From a virus (lineage: Duplodnaviria > Caudoviricetes), in the IMG/VR virus record IMGVR_UViG_3300034161_000007, positions 1 to 61,166 of that record: DNA of 61,166 bases, one strand, 5' to 3'. The position numbers and the translations under genes were made by a program. This document shows, piece after piece, positions 33,008 through 41,826 of the stretch. The notes beneath the pieces are model-generated. The model was not told where the DNA came from. It made no database searches and saw nothing but the letters and a program-made list of their open reading frames with translations. The number at the start of each line of letters is the position of its first letter. Within the stretch, counting starts at the first letter, position 1.

Positions 33008-33208
33008 TTACTGACAAGTTGCGGCGCGTATCACACAGTCCATCGACTCCAGCAACTTGCGCAAGGCAGTGGCTTTCTCTGCGCTCTCGGGCAGCAAGCT
33101 ATCCAGCACACCAGCCAGGTCGCAAATTGGCTGGGCGATGGGGCGCACCCGGATGTCCATCAGCTGGGTGTCGAAGTATTTCATGATTGGGTTTGATTTG
33201 GTGGTCAT
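33008..33208 (-). CDS. Tad1/Acb2-like helical-hairpin protein (66 aa)
   Basis: NPIMKYF...DLAGVLDSLLPESAEKATALRKLLESMDCVIRA resembles the LP..ExxxALxKL+E...+RA hairpin of the Tad1/Acb2-related sponge family. Confidence 0.6.
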   Translation of the reverse strand: MTTKSNPIMKYFDTQLMDIRVRPIAQPICDLAGVLDSLLPESAEKATALRKLLESMDCVIRAATCQ

Positions 33209-33399
33209 GATGCCCCCTGTTTCGGTTTGTGGTGATCGATGCACACGCGTTTGGCGTCATCTTTGGATTGAGTGGCGGGACCGATAAAGCATTGCTTGAG
33301 ACTAGGCCGGAACCACTCGACGCCAGCAATGCGGTAGCGCGCCACCACATAGCCTTCTTCGCTGACGACCGCGTGCGGGCCTTGGGCTTTCCAGTTCAT
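33205..33399 (-). CDS. Hypothetical protein (64 aa)
   Basis: ATGA-coupled on both sides. Confidence 0.65.
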   Translation of the reverse strand: MNWKAQGPHAVVSEEGYVVARYRIAGVEWFRPSLKQCFIGPATQSKDDAKRVCIDHHKPKQGAS

Positions 33400-33725
33400 G
33401 AGCGCAATGCCTCGCAAGGGTCAAAGCCGAACTCGCGGCACAGACCATGCGCCACGGTGCTGCCCACGCCGAACAGCTTCATGACCAGCACCCAACGCTC
33501 AGTGCCGTACTTGTAGCGATACTTGCTCGGGCCTTCGAGGCTGGCGATGGCGCGACCGACCAGCTCGCGACACTCGAACTCGTTGCCGTCGATGACGATC
33601 TTGTTCGCGGCCTTGTGCCGGCTGCATTCGAGTTGAAGCTCGCGATAGGCGCGCTGATTACCTTCCTCTCTAAACTGATCGTACTCAGACAGCAGCGCGC
33701 TTGTGTGCTTGAATTCTGTGCTCAT
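33396..33725 (-). CDS. Hypothetical protein
   Basis: Coupled ORF; RWVLVMKLFGVGSTVAHGLCREFGFDP C-terminus. Confidence 0.7.
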   Translation of the reverse strand: MSTEFKHTSALLSEYDQFREEGNQRAYRELQLECSRHKAANKIVIDGNEFECRELVGRAIASLEGPSKYRYKYGTERWVLVMKLFGVGSTVAHGLCREFGFDPCEALRS

Positions 33726-33898
33726 GCTTGCCACCGCCGTATAAAGTCATGCTGCCCACGCTTCTCGCCGCCATCGGTGAACACCACGCGCTGATCGGCA
33801 CCCTTGACGATGCGAATCGTACCGTCGAAATCCTTGCCAACCACCTGGAAGCCTTGGGCCTTGCGCTCGTCGATGGTCTTTTGCTGCTCCGGCGTCAT
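33722..33898 (-). CDS. Hypothetical protein (58 aa, MTPEQQKTIDERK...)
   Basis: Below the track cutoff; fills the gap with ATGA overlaps on both sides. Confidence 0.7.
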   Translation of the reverse strand: MTPEQQKTIDERKAQGFQVVGKDFDGTIRIVKGADQRVVFTDGGEKRGQHDFIRRWQA

Positions 33899-34434
33899 TC
33901 CCCGAACCCCTTCAACAACACCTTCAGCTGGTTGGCCTGGGCGATGATCGCGGCATCGGCTTCACGCTGCGCCTCAACCGACAGTGCTACCTCTTCCACG
34001 CGCAGCGCCAGGGCGCGCAGGCGCTCGCCGAACTCACTGGCCAACAAGGTCAGCTCAGTGGCGACAGTGCCGAGCAGGTCCAGCGGGGTGACGGTTTGGG
34101 CTTTGGCTGGGGTGTAGGTCTTTGCGGTCATGGTCGGCTCGATAGTGATGTGTTGAATGGCCAGCGTGTCTTTAACTTCAGGCAGGCGCAGGAATGTTTG
34201 CACCGGTTCGCGCTGGTACATACCCTTGTGCGGCTCTTTGATCAGGCCGACGTCTTTCATGTCCAGCAGGCAGCCGCGCACGGCATGGGCAGCGATGGTC
34301 ACGCCAGCGGTGCGCACGGCCGTGATGATTTCCTTCTCATGCCACGCTTCTTGGATAGGCACGCCCCCGAACACCTTGCGCGCCACGCTGCTTTGACCTT
34401 CCAACAATTGCCGTTGCCTCGATTCTTTCATCAA
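33895..34434 (-). CDS. Hypothetical protein, possible winged-helix plus coiled coil
   Basis: VRGCLLDMKDVGLIKEPHKGMYQR wHTH-like segment. Confidence 0.65.
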   Translation of the reverse strand: MMKESRQRQLLEGQSSVARKVFGGVPIQEAWHEKEIITAVRTAGVTIAAHAVRGCLLDMKDVGLIKEPHKGMYQREPVQTFLRLPEVKDTLAIQHITIEPTMTAKTYTPAKAQTVTPLDLLGTVATELTLLASEFGERLRALALRVEEVALSVEAQREADAAIIAQANQLKVLLKGFGE

Positions 34435-34469
34435 TGGGAAATGCTCCGTGCTTATTGGTTGTTATGGTG

Positions 34470-34982
34470 TTACGCAGAATAGGCCAAGGCGTCAGCTATT
34501 TTGTACAGTACCGGGTCGCCTTCCCTCAGCACCTGAAGCAACAAGCGCTTTTCCTTCAGGTAGGTGACGGCAAATTTAGGATCGCGCTCGACGATGCTTC
34601 GCGTGTTGCTGATCAGGTCGGCCAGCTTGATCGTTTTGGCTTCAGGGCTGGCCAGCGCGGTATGCGCTCGGTCGATAGCTTTCCGTGCGCGGCGGTTGCC
34701 GTCTTCCGGCTTTGACACGTCGGTCAGCTGCTCGACGTAGGCGGCAACGATAGGCCCGAACTGCTCGTCGATCACCGATAGCGGAACCTGCGTGTCTTCC
34801 ACCACGTCGTGCAGCACGGCGGCGATCAGCATCGCCTGGCTAAGAGGGGATGCGTGCTCAATCAACAGGTTGGCCACCTCGATGGGGTGATGGTAATAAT
34901 CCTCCCCCGTGTACTTGCGCTTCTGGCCCACGGCGCAATGCGCAGCGATACAAAAGGCCTTGGCTCGTTCAAATTCGCTCAT
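34470..34982 (-). CDS. HD-domain small alarmone hydrolase (SpoT/MESH1-like (p)ppGpp hydrolase family)
   Basis: AH..Q.RKY.GEDYYHHP, AAVLHDVVEDT, LTD, IKLADLISN. Confidence 0.85.
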   Translation of the reverse strand: MSEFERAKAFCIAAHCAVGQKRKYTGEDYYHHPIEVANLLIEHASPLSQAMLIAAVLHDVVEDTQVPLSVIDEQFGPIVAAYVEQLTDVSKPEDGNRRARKAIDRAHTALASPEAKTIKLADLISNTRSIVERDPKFAVTYLKEKRLLLQVLREGDPVLYKIADALAYSA

Positions 34983-35308
34983 GGCAACACCTCAAAGATC
35001 GGCTCTTGGTGGAACACGTCAACGGCCGGCTTGCGGCTGTTGCTCTTCTTGTCCGGCTTCAGTGATTCGTCCAGGTAGTCGCCGAACAACCAAACCATGT
35101 TGGTCTTGACGTGCGGCAGGTTGATCGCGCGTTGCCTGCTCACCATTGCCGGGTAGTACAGGTTCCAGGCGGCGCCGAGGCTGATCGACGGGTTGACGTG
35201 GCTGGGCTTCTTCCAGTCGACAATCGAAGTCTTGGCGCGCTCGAACATCGCGGCCAGCTGCTCGACGGTGATGGTTTCGGCCACCATCTTGGCGTCCTTC
35301 TTGTTCAT
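34979..35308 (-). CDS. Hypothetical protein
   Basis: Coupled ORF in operon. Confidence 0.7.
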   Translation of the reverse strand: MNKKDAKMVAETITVEQLAAMFERAKTSIVDWKKPSHVNPSISLGAAWNLYYPAMVSRQRAINLPHVKTNMVWLFGDYLDESLKPDKKSNSRKPAVDVFHQEPIFEVLP

Positions 35309-35880
35309 TACTTCACCCCCAGTCTGTCAAAGAACACACGGTTTTCCAGCATGTAACGGCGCAGGCCGTCGGCGATGATCGAGGCCGCGCGGTCGCGGTT
35401 CATACCCTTGAAGCTGTTCGGACTGAACGCATAGGACATCAGGCCGGCAGCGGTCTTGAAGCGGATATGCATCATCCCGCGCACGTCGCCGAACTGCTCT
35501 TGGATGTCCGTGCGGATCGCTTCCAGCGACTCGAAACGCTGGACCATGTCCATCACCTCGGCGCACGCACCGTAGAGCATTCGGTCATAGCGGTCGCGCG
35601 GCTGGCTATGCGCCAGGTTCAGCACGTCGACGCCTTCGCGCAGCGGCTTGGTCACAGGCGGCAAGGTGACAAAGAACTCGCCGAGCACGTCACGGGTATC
35701 GGCGATAGCGGTTTCCAGCTGATACGCATGGGCGCGCGCGTTGCGAATCTGCCTGTTCAGCTCGTAGTTATCATCAGCCAGATCACCAGCCTTGCGAGTG
35801 GCCAGCACCAGCGCCTGATAGTTGAGCGCGATTTCTGCACGCATGGCGCGCTTTTGGTTGCGTCCGAAGCGTTTACTCAC
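35308..35880 (-). CDS. Hypothetical protein (MSKRFGRNQKR N-terminus, coiled coil)
   Basis: Coupled ORF in operon. Confidence 0.7.
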   Translation of the reverse strand: MSKRFGRNQKRAMRAEIALNYQALVLATRKAGDLADDNYELNRQIRNARAHAYQLETAIADTRDVLGEFFVTLPPVTKPLREGVDVLNLAHSQPRDRYDRMLYGACAEVMDMVQRFESLEAIRTDIQEQFGDVRGMMHIRFKTAAGLMSYAFSPNSFKGMNRDRAASIIADGLRRYMLENRVFFDRLGVK

Positions 35881-36319
35881 TTTTCAACCTCCCCATAAAC
35901 GTGGCGTAGGATGTGCGGCCGAAGGGTTTCCAACCGGCCGCCTTGGCCTTGGCCGTCTCCGCGCGAAACTCGTCGTAGTGCGCAGCATCTACCTCGACAA
36001 AGCGCTCCTTTTTGGCTTGCACCACATTGGCCTCATGCGCAGCACCGACACCGAAGAACATTTTCGTGAGGCGTGATTTGCGGTTAATGAAATACCGATT
36101 CCGCGACGGGTCGACCAGAGGCGGCGCGCTGGCAATCATGGCTTCAACCTTGTCCGCCTCTTGCGCCATCGATTCCAGTCGCTCGCCGCACTCGGCGGCC
36201 AGCTGCGTATGGTCGTCGTGATCCTTGACCGGCATCGGCACGAACAGAATGCCGGCCTTCATCATGGCCAGTGCCGCGTCCATCGCCTTGCGCAGTTCTA
36301 CCGGGCCTGCGCGATTCAT
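35873..36319 (-). CDS. Hypothetical protein with DUF1382-like N-terminus
   Basis: PVELRKAM...KAGILFVPMPV; ATGA overlap. Confidence 0.6.
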   Translation of the reverse strand: MNRAGPVELRKAMDAALAMMKAGILFVPMPVKDHDDHTQLAAECGERLESMAQEADKVEAMIASAPPLVDPSRNRYFINRKSRLTKMFFGVGAAHEANVVQAKKERFVEVDAAHYDEFRAETAKAKAAGWKPFGRTSYATFMGRLKSE

Positions 36320-36705
36320 GGGCAGCACCATTGGCTACTGCCGCAATAGCTCATGTCCGGGTCGAACTCGGCGGCGTCACACGGAAACTCGTAGTCGTTT
36401 TTGCAGGACTTGCAGGTGGCAAGCCAGTGGTTGCCAGTCCATTGCAGGCCTTCCGGCTCGCGGCCTTGGCGCGCCTCATTGCGCAGGTTGCGCTCGATGC
36501 GGTGCTCACGCTTGCGTTTGGCTGCACGGTCACGCTCCTGGCCACGGTTGTAGCTGTCTGGGGTTTCCCCCAGCTCGCGCAAGAAACGCTGGGAGCGCGG
36601 CGGCAGCTGCTCGAACACCTTCAGGTCGCCGAGCGCCCTGACCATGCTCGCCACACCGGCACGATTACCACCATCGATGATCAATACTCGTTGTTTGGTT
36701 TCCAT
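36316..36705 (-). CDS. Hypothetical protein with C-terminal Cys cluster
   Basis: CKSC...YCGSSQWCCP. Confidence 0.65.
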   Translation of the reverse strand: METKQRVLIIDGGNRAGVASMVRALGDLKVFEQLPPRSQRFLRELGETPDSYNRGQERDRAAKRKREHRIERNLRNEARQGREPEGLQWTGNHWLATCKSCKNDYEFPCDAAEFDPDMSYCGSSQWCCP

Positions 36706-36708
36706 AGA

Positions 36709-37026
36709 TCAGTCCGTCTGGTAGTAGACGGCGCATTGAACGCAGTCAGCAATGAGGGATTTGTACATGGCTTGCACGCCGACGTAGTTGCGGTTGCCCT
36801 GGCCGCCGAACGGGTGACGCAAATGAAACTCGCCCGGCGCCCACTTCGTGCAATTGATGCCGACCGCTTGAAGCGTTTCCAGCTTCATGCGCTTCAGGCC
36901 GTACAGGTAAACATGGTCCAGGTTGGCGGTGCCGGCGTCATCGGGTGCTGCGTCAGCCGCGACCTTGCCCGCCTCGATGGCCTTGCGCACGGCAAAGGCC
37001 AGGTCTTTCAGTTGGTCGGCGGTCAT
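36709..37026 (-). CDS. Hypothetical protein
   Basis: Coupled ORF (DDAGTANLD, GGQGNRN, YYQTD). Confidence 0.7.
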   Translation of the reverse strand: MTADQLKDLAFAVRKAIEAGKVAADAAPDDAGTANLDHVYLYGLKRMKLETLQAVGINCTKWAPGEFHLRHPFGGQGNRNYVGVQAMYKSLIADCVQCAVYYQTD

Positions 37027-37229
37027 GGCGTCACCGGCTGGGCATCGGTAGCAATCGCCTCGCGGAAGCGCGACGGGCTCCAGTCGCAGGCCTCATCTTC
37101 AGGGATGTGACCAAACATGATGGTGCAGCGACGGCAATGCACGCAGTCAGCGCAGGTCTTGCCGTCGGGCAGGTTCATTTTGTCGGTGTCGACTTTGGCC
37201 CGACGTAGCGGCTCACGTTCCTGACTCAT
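37023..37229 (-). CDS. Small Cys-rich protein
   Basis: TCADCVHCRRC...CDWSPSRF. Confidence 0.7.
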   Translation of the reverse strand: MSQEREPLRRAKVDTDKMNLPDGKTCADCVHCRRCTIMFGHIPEDEACDWSPSRFREAIATDAQPVTP

Positions 37230-37780
37230 TGCGCGCCATCCTTCAGCGGCCACAGACCGTTTTCAATCGCGGTTGCCCTGGTGCGCACCAGCTGCTCGCG
37301 CATTTCTTCGGCGTTGTCCGGCTCGATTTCCTTGGCCCATTCCATGTGCGGATCAAGCGCTTCTTGGAAGGCTTCGTTAAAGCCCATGGTCATGACAAAC
37401 GTGAACAGCTCGCCGTCAGTTGGGGCGCGGTCCTGCGTCAAGGGCTCGGCGTCGATACGGCGCAAACGGGTTACGGCATTGTTCAACAGGTTGAACACGC
37501 GGATGTCAGCGCCGGGGTCGATGTCATTGAACACTTCAGCCAGGGTCAGCAGGTCGCGGACTAGATCGCTGTCGCTGGGCAGGTGCTCGGCGTTATCGCG
37601 CAGGGTGTCGAGCTGGTCGCGCCAGGTCATGGTCGGTACTTCGGTGGCGCTCAGTTTGCGCAATTTGGCAAAGCCATCGATGCCCGCATGGGGGTTCATG
37701 ATGTCAGCGGTGCGCAGGTGCCCGGCGAAGTCAAACAAGGCGCCGAGGATCACGGCCTCGGGGTTTGTATTTTGCGTCAT
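37226..37780 (-). CDS. Hypothetical protein
   Basis: GAGG RBS; first large gene of the leftward accessory operon. Confidence 0.75.
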   Translation of the reverse strand: MTQNTNPEAVILGALFDFAGHLRTADIMNPHAGIDGFAKLRKLSATEVPTMTWRDQLDTLRDNAEHLPSDSDLVRDLLTLAEVFNDIDPGADIRVFNLLNNAVTRLRRIDAEPLTQDRAPTDGELFTFVMTMGFNEAFQEALDPHMEWAKEIEPDNAEEMREQLVRTRATAIENGLWPLKDGAQ

Positions 37781-37799
37781 GGGTGATGCCTCTTAGGGG

Positions 37800-37871
37800 T
37801 TATTGCGGATTGATCAGGCCGTGCTCGATCAGGATGGCCCATTGCATTTGTAACCAGTCTTCAAAGCTCAT
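37800..37871 (-). CDS. Possible 23-aa peptide MSFEDWLQMQWAILIEHGLINPQ
   Basis: Fills the leader of the leftward operon; weak GAG RBS. Confidence 0.4.
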   Translation of the reverse strand: MSFEDWLQMQWAILIEHGLINPQ

Positions 37872-37978
37872 TCAGGTACTCAAAATTAACGCAAAACGAA
37901 CCTTACCACAATTCGTCACCACTTCAACAGCTTTCGTTTAGATAACCGACTATTTCGTGTTTATTTTCATCCCGTCTA

Positions 37979-38007
37979 TTGTGCGCGCGGGAAAAGTTAT
38001 CTACAGT
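37979..38007 (+). promoter_or_regulatory. sigma70-like promoter for the rightward accessory operon
   Basis: TTGTGC-N17-TACAGT, flanked by a TGTGCGC...GCGCACA inverted repeat; AT-rich divergent gap. Confidence 0.55.
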
Positions 38008-38040
38008 TTGCGCACAGACACAAACAAGACGGATCGCCAC

Positions 38041-38238
38041 ATGAACGCACAGCAAGCAACCTGGGCAATGAAGCACGATTGGTGCCGGTATGTGTTTGAG
38101 CAAGAAGGACATGGCGACTACACCGCCGTTGTTCAGGAAACCGGCACACAGCTGCAAGCAGATGGCTCGACAACCGAATACAGCGAACGCAAGACGTTCA
38201 ACGACTACCAAGCGCTGCGCGACTGGGCCGGCTACTAA
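38041..38238 (+). CDS. Hypothetical protein (65 aa)
   Basis: GGA RBS; ends ALRDWAGY. Confidence 0.7.
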   Translation: MNAQQATWAMKHDWCRYVFEQEGHGDYTAVVQETGTQLQADGSTTEYSERKTFNDYQALRDWAGY

Positions 38239-38260
38239 CACCAACCACTGAGGCATCACC

Positions 38261-38599
38261 ATGCAAACCACCGAATACACGATCATCCGCGCCAACGGCG
38301 ACGAAGAGGTTCACACCGTTGAACTGCCGGAAGTGCCGGATTACTTCCAGCTGAAGGCTATCGTCCAGCCGATCATTGGCAAGCGCAACGACTTCGAGCG
38401 CGTCGCGGTACTGCATGACGACAAGGCCACGGACATGTTCGTGGATGAAAACGGCCAGCTCAAAGGCTTGCCGCGCAACGAACGCGCCACCGCGATCTAT
38501 CGCAACAACTGGCTCAAGCAGAAACCCGGCACCCACCCGGAAACCCTGCCGTGGATCGTCGGCCCGGCCGTCCTCTTCTCCCGTCGCGTTTGGTTTTAA
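38261..38599 (+). CDS. DUF3846-like protein
   Basis: MFVDENGQLKGLPRNERAT...IVGPAVL. Confidence 0.75.
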   Translation: MQTTEYTIIRANGDEEVHTVELPEVPDYFQLKAIVQPIIGKRNDFERVAVLHDDKATDMFVDENGQLKGLPRNERATAIYRNNWLKQKPGTHPETLPWIVGPAVLFSRRVWF

Positions 38600-38610
38600 G
38601 GATAACTGTC

Positions 38611-38835
38611 ATGAGCAAGATGCCCGTAGCTGGCCGCAACATCATCGACCTGCACCTGAACAATGCGCGCAGCACCGCCATCGATGCGTTCGCTGAGCGC
38701 AGCCTGGCTGAAGCCGCCTCGATGCAAGCGTATGCCATGGCCTGCGGGCACATGACCGCCGCGGAATACTCGAACCAGCAAGTGGTTATCAAGCTGATTC
38801 GTGAACAGCGCCGCAACTTGTCGCAGTGCGCCTGA
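38611..38835 (+). CDS. Hypothetical protein
   Basis: AAGGA RBS, helical 74 aa. Confidence 0.65.
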   Translation: MSKMPVAGRNIIDLHLNNARSTAIDAFAERSLAEAASMQAYAMACGHMTAAEYSNQQVVIKLIREQRRNLSQCA

Positions 38836-38917
38836 CCCTTCGCCTGACCGCCACCATGGTGCTGACCGCGCACCTGGTGGCCGCCACCTTCGCCTTTTGG
38901 ACCTGGAGCATCACCGG

Positions 38918-39148
38918 ATGAAATCGCAAGCCACCCGCCTGACCCGCAAGGAAGCCGCGTATTGGGATTTTTGGACCGCAAACGGCTACCTCTTCGAACC
39001 AGGGGAAAAGCCGCCGCTGACGACCCATGTTGCGCCTGTGCGCAAGCCCAAGCGGCCGATCCGCACCGTATTGTTGGCGCTGGCCATTATCGTCTGCGCC
39101 CTGTCCTACTTGGGCTACTGGTTCGCCACGGCCGCCAAACTGATCTAA
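38918..39148 (+). CDS. Small membrane protein (C-terminal TM helix)
   Basis: GGAG RBS; VLLALAIIVCALSYLGYWF. Confidence 0.6.
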   Translation: MKSQATRLTRKEAAYWDFWTANGYLFEPGEKPPLTTHVAPVRKPKRPIRTVLLALAIIVCALSYLGYWFATAAKLI

Positions 39149-39218
39149 GGCGTTTGAGGTCCGCGCTTTCACCGAGAGCGCTTTCCTGAAGCACCACCCA
39201 CAACACACCGAGGTATCT

Positions 39219-39995
39219 ATGAGTAACGCTTACGACCGCAACCTGCTGAAACTGGCGCAGGTAAAAGATTTTCGCACCTGGCTACGCGCGGTTGGCATCG
39301 AGCACCGCGACGGAAAGGGCGAATTCCAATTGCTGCAAGTTCGCACGGCCCCCGACTGCTGGGCCGCGATCAACCGCAATGCGCAGAACATCGTCAGCAC
39401 TCACCCACAACTGAAGTCACTGATTCATGGCTTTCTGAAGTGTGACTCTGAAGCGGTGGCCACCTGCAACCCAAGCTTCAAGGGAGAAAAGGCTTTCCAG
39501 AACTTCCATCGTCGACTGTGCGAGCGCTTCGGCATGGAGCACGATCCGGTCGACTGGTGGCGCGACCAGGCATCGCTGGAAGAACACATTGCCAGCCTGA
39601 TCGCCAAGCCGGCGCCAGCGCCAACGAGCCAATTCCTCGACGACCTGCGCGATGACTTCGCGATGCGCATCCTGCCGGGCATGATGGTGAACAACCCGTT
39701 CGAGAAGCCGCTGCTCGACCTGACTATTGAAGCCTATGCAGTCGCCGATCTGGCGTTGTTTGCGCGCGGTTACGCTAAGTGTGAGGCCCAACGCACCCCT
39801 AAGAAGTCGGACAAATGGCATGCAGATTGGAAGGCCAACGGCTTCAACCACTGCATGACGCAAGCGGCAAAAGCCTTGCGCCACCTGGCGAACAATGAGC
39901 GCCCAAGCGGCGGGCAATCGGACTTCAATAGCGAGCATCTAATGATGATCGCCAGCGAACTGGAAGTCACTCAACGGGAACTTCTGACGCCATGA
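39219..39995 (+). CDS. Mosaic hypothetical protein
   Basis: GAGG RBS; contains an LRDDFAM...AYAVADLAL module common in phage accessory proteins. Confidence 0.75.
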   Translation: MSNAYDRNLLKLAQVKDFRTWLRAVGIEHRDGKGEFQLLQVRTAPDCWAAINRNAQNIVSTHPQLKSLIHGFLKCDSEAVATCNPSFKGEKAFQNFHRRLCERFGMEHDPVDWWRDQASLEEHIASLIAKPAPAPTSQFLDDLRDDFAMRILPGMMVNNPFEKPLLDLTIEAYAVADLALFARGYAKCEAQRTPKKSDKWHADWKANGFNHCMTQAAKALRHLANNERPSGGQSDFNSEHLMMIASELEVTQRELLTP

Positions 39996-40141
39996 CCATC
40001 GACGAAAAACCGCGCGTGCCGCTGTTCGTGCCGCCGCCGCGCAAACCGATCGATCCTGAAGAACCTAACGACGATTACGAGCCCGACAGCGATTACGGCT
40101 CGGATGAAATAGAACGCTCACGGAGCCACCGCTATGACTGA
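39992..40141 (+). CDS. Small Pro/acidic protein (49 aa)
   Basis: ATGA-coupled; fills the gap. Confidence 0.45.
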   Translation: MTIDEKPRVPLFVPPPRKPIDPEEPNDDYEPDSDYGSDEIERSRSHRYD

Positions 40142-40592
40142 CAAATGCGAACTGTGCAACGGCACCAAGGTTGATACCGTCTTTGGCGGTCGCTGCGAGT
40201 GGTGCGACGAGACGGGCAAGGCTGGCGGCTTGACGCCACTCCCGAACGGGCCGCTGGCCATGCTTTCCGCCCTGGTGGACGCCGTAAACCACGGTATCGG
40301 CGTGATCAAGATCAGCAGCGAAGGCGCCGAGCACGTCCCGCTGAATGACTTCCTGGTCGAACTGAAGCCGTTCCGCACCCTGCCCTACGGCGAGCGCTTC
40401 AAGATGCCCGGTCATCCGCACATCATCATGGTGAAGATCGGGCACAACCTGGTCGCGGACTGGCCAGTGACGTTGTACAACCACAAGGGCGAGCCCATCC
40501 AATCACTGTGTTGCTGGTGCCACGATCCCGGCGAACCGGGCAGTGAAGAAGACGACTGCAACATGGATACCCTGGTCGAAGTGGTCGGCTAA
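40134..40592 (+). CDS. Hypothetical protein with DnaJ-type CxxCxGxG Zn motif
   Basis: CELCNGT...CEWCDETG. Confidence 0.7.
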   Translation: MTDKCELCNGTKVDTVFGGRCEWCDETGKAGGLTPLPNGPLAMLSALVDAVNHGIGVIKISSEGAEHVPLNDFLVELKPFRTLPYGERFKMPGHPHIIMVKIGHNLVADWPVTLYNHKGEPIQSLCCWCHDPGEPGSEEDDCNMDTLVEVVG

Positions 40593-40640
40593 GCGCCCAA
40601 CAATAACCGCCCTATCGGGCACAGCAGATTGGAGATTACC

Positions 40641-41012
40641 GTGAGTGAAGTGACGCGATTCGTAGCAAGAGCCGGTGGCATGGATGGAGTTATGCCAGTC
40701 AACGAACACTACACAGGCCGCGACCGGCAATATGTCGACGCGAAAGACTTCGACGCCGTCAAATCAGAGTTGGCCGAGATCAAAGAAAGCTTGGCCTACC
40801 GCGGCAGCTTGCTGAACAGAACACAGCAACGCGCCGAAGCCGCCGAGCAGCGGAATGCGGAGCTGGCCGAGTTGCTGGCATCGGCGGGAAAAGTTATCGA
40901 GCAGTTCATGCCCAACGTTGGTAAGTGTTTCGGGATCGACTATGCGCTACTCAACGAAACCATGATGGCTATTACTGCCCTCAAACCCACCGAATCGGGA
41001 GCAAGCGAATGA
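40641..41012 (+). CDS. Hypothetical coiled-coil protein
   Basis: GGAG RBS before GTG. Confidence 0.7.
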   Translation: MSEVTRFVARAGGMDGVMPVNEHYTGRDRQYVDAKDFDAVKSELAEIKESLAYRGSLLNRTQQRAEAAEQRNAELAELLASAGKVIEQFMPNVGKCFGIDYALLNETMMAITALKPTESGASE

Positions 41013-41254
41013 AGAAGAATCAGGCCGAAGCCATAAAGCAGCTTGAGGCGGCGCTGCTGCGTATCAAGCGCGCAGGCTTGGTGATGGTGGGTATCGATGA
41101 CAGCCTGTTTGTTACGGTGAAAGACGCTGCATTTCAAGACGAAATGAATGCTCGTTCAGGCTGCGAGGCAATCCTTGATCGTAGTAATACCGGCCACGAA
41201 AACACCGAAAACGTGAATCACTACGGCTCATATCTCGACAGCGGGGGCGCATAG
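41009..41254 (+). CDS. Hypothetical protein
   Basis: ATGA-coupled. Confidence 0.65.
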   Translation: MKKNQAEAIKQLEAALLRIKRAGLVMVGIDDSLFVTVKDAAFQDEMNARSGCEAILDRSNTGHENTENVNHYGSYLDSGGA

Positions 41255-41256
41255 CC

Positions 41257-41826
41257 ATGACAAATAAAACCGTAACCATGTCGCGGGAGCTGGCGGAGCG
41301 CATTCTTTCCGATCTTGGTAATGCCTACATATCAAGCCGTGTCGGCGAAGAGCTGCGCGCCATGCTCGCCGCCCCTGCCGTCGAGCGCCAAGAGTCGGTG
41401 GCGTGGGCAAACGATCAGCAACTTCTGCTATGCAGCAAGTCGCCGAGAGAGGTTCAGCCGAACAATCCAATGATGCACGATCTGCCGCGCAACATAGCCG
41501 GTAGCGCGCTGAAGACGGATTACTGCAATACACCGCTCTACACCTCGCCGCCCGCGCCGGTAGAGGTGGTGCTGCCTGAGCCCTGCGAAAACTGCGATGG
41601 GACAGGCGGCGTAAAAGTAGCTGGAGGTTCGGATAGCTGCCCTGTCTGCCGGGGCAGCGGCTTGATAGCCTCGCCACTGCCTGAGCGCAGCCTTGAAGCG
41701 GCGGCAAAAACATTGGCGGCCTGTATGGATTACCCATGGGAACACATGCCAGAGCAGGGACGCGCTTCAATGCGTGAACACGCGAAGGCTGTTATCAATG
41801 CCGCCACCAAGGAGCTGAATCAATGA
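41257..41826 (+). CDS. Mosaic hypothetical protein with CxxCxGxG motif
   Basis: TVTMSRELAER start; PVA/PLYTSPPAP linker; CENCDGTG...CPVCRGSG. Confidence 0.75.
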   Translation: MTNKTVTMSRELAERILSDLGNAYISSRVGEELRAMLAAPAVERQESVAWANDQQLLLCSKSPREVQPNNPMMHDLPRNIAGSALKTDYCNTPLYTSPPAPVEVVLPEPCENCDGTGGVKVAGGSDSCPVCRGSGLIASPLPERSLEAAAKTLAACMDYPWEHMPEQGRASMREHAKAVINAATKELNQ

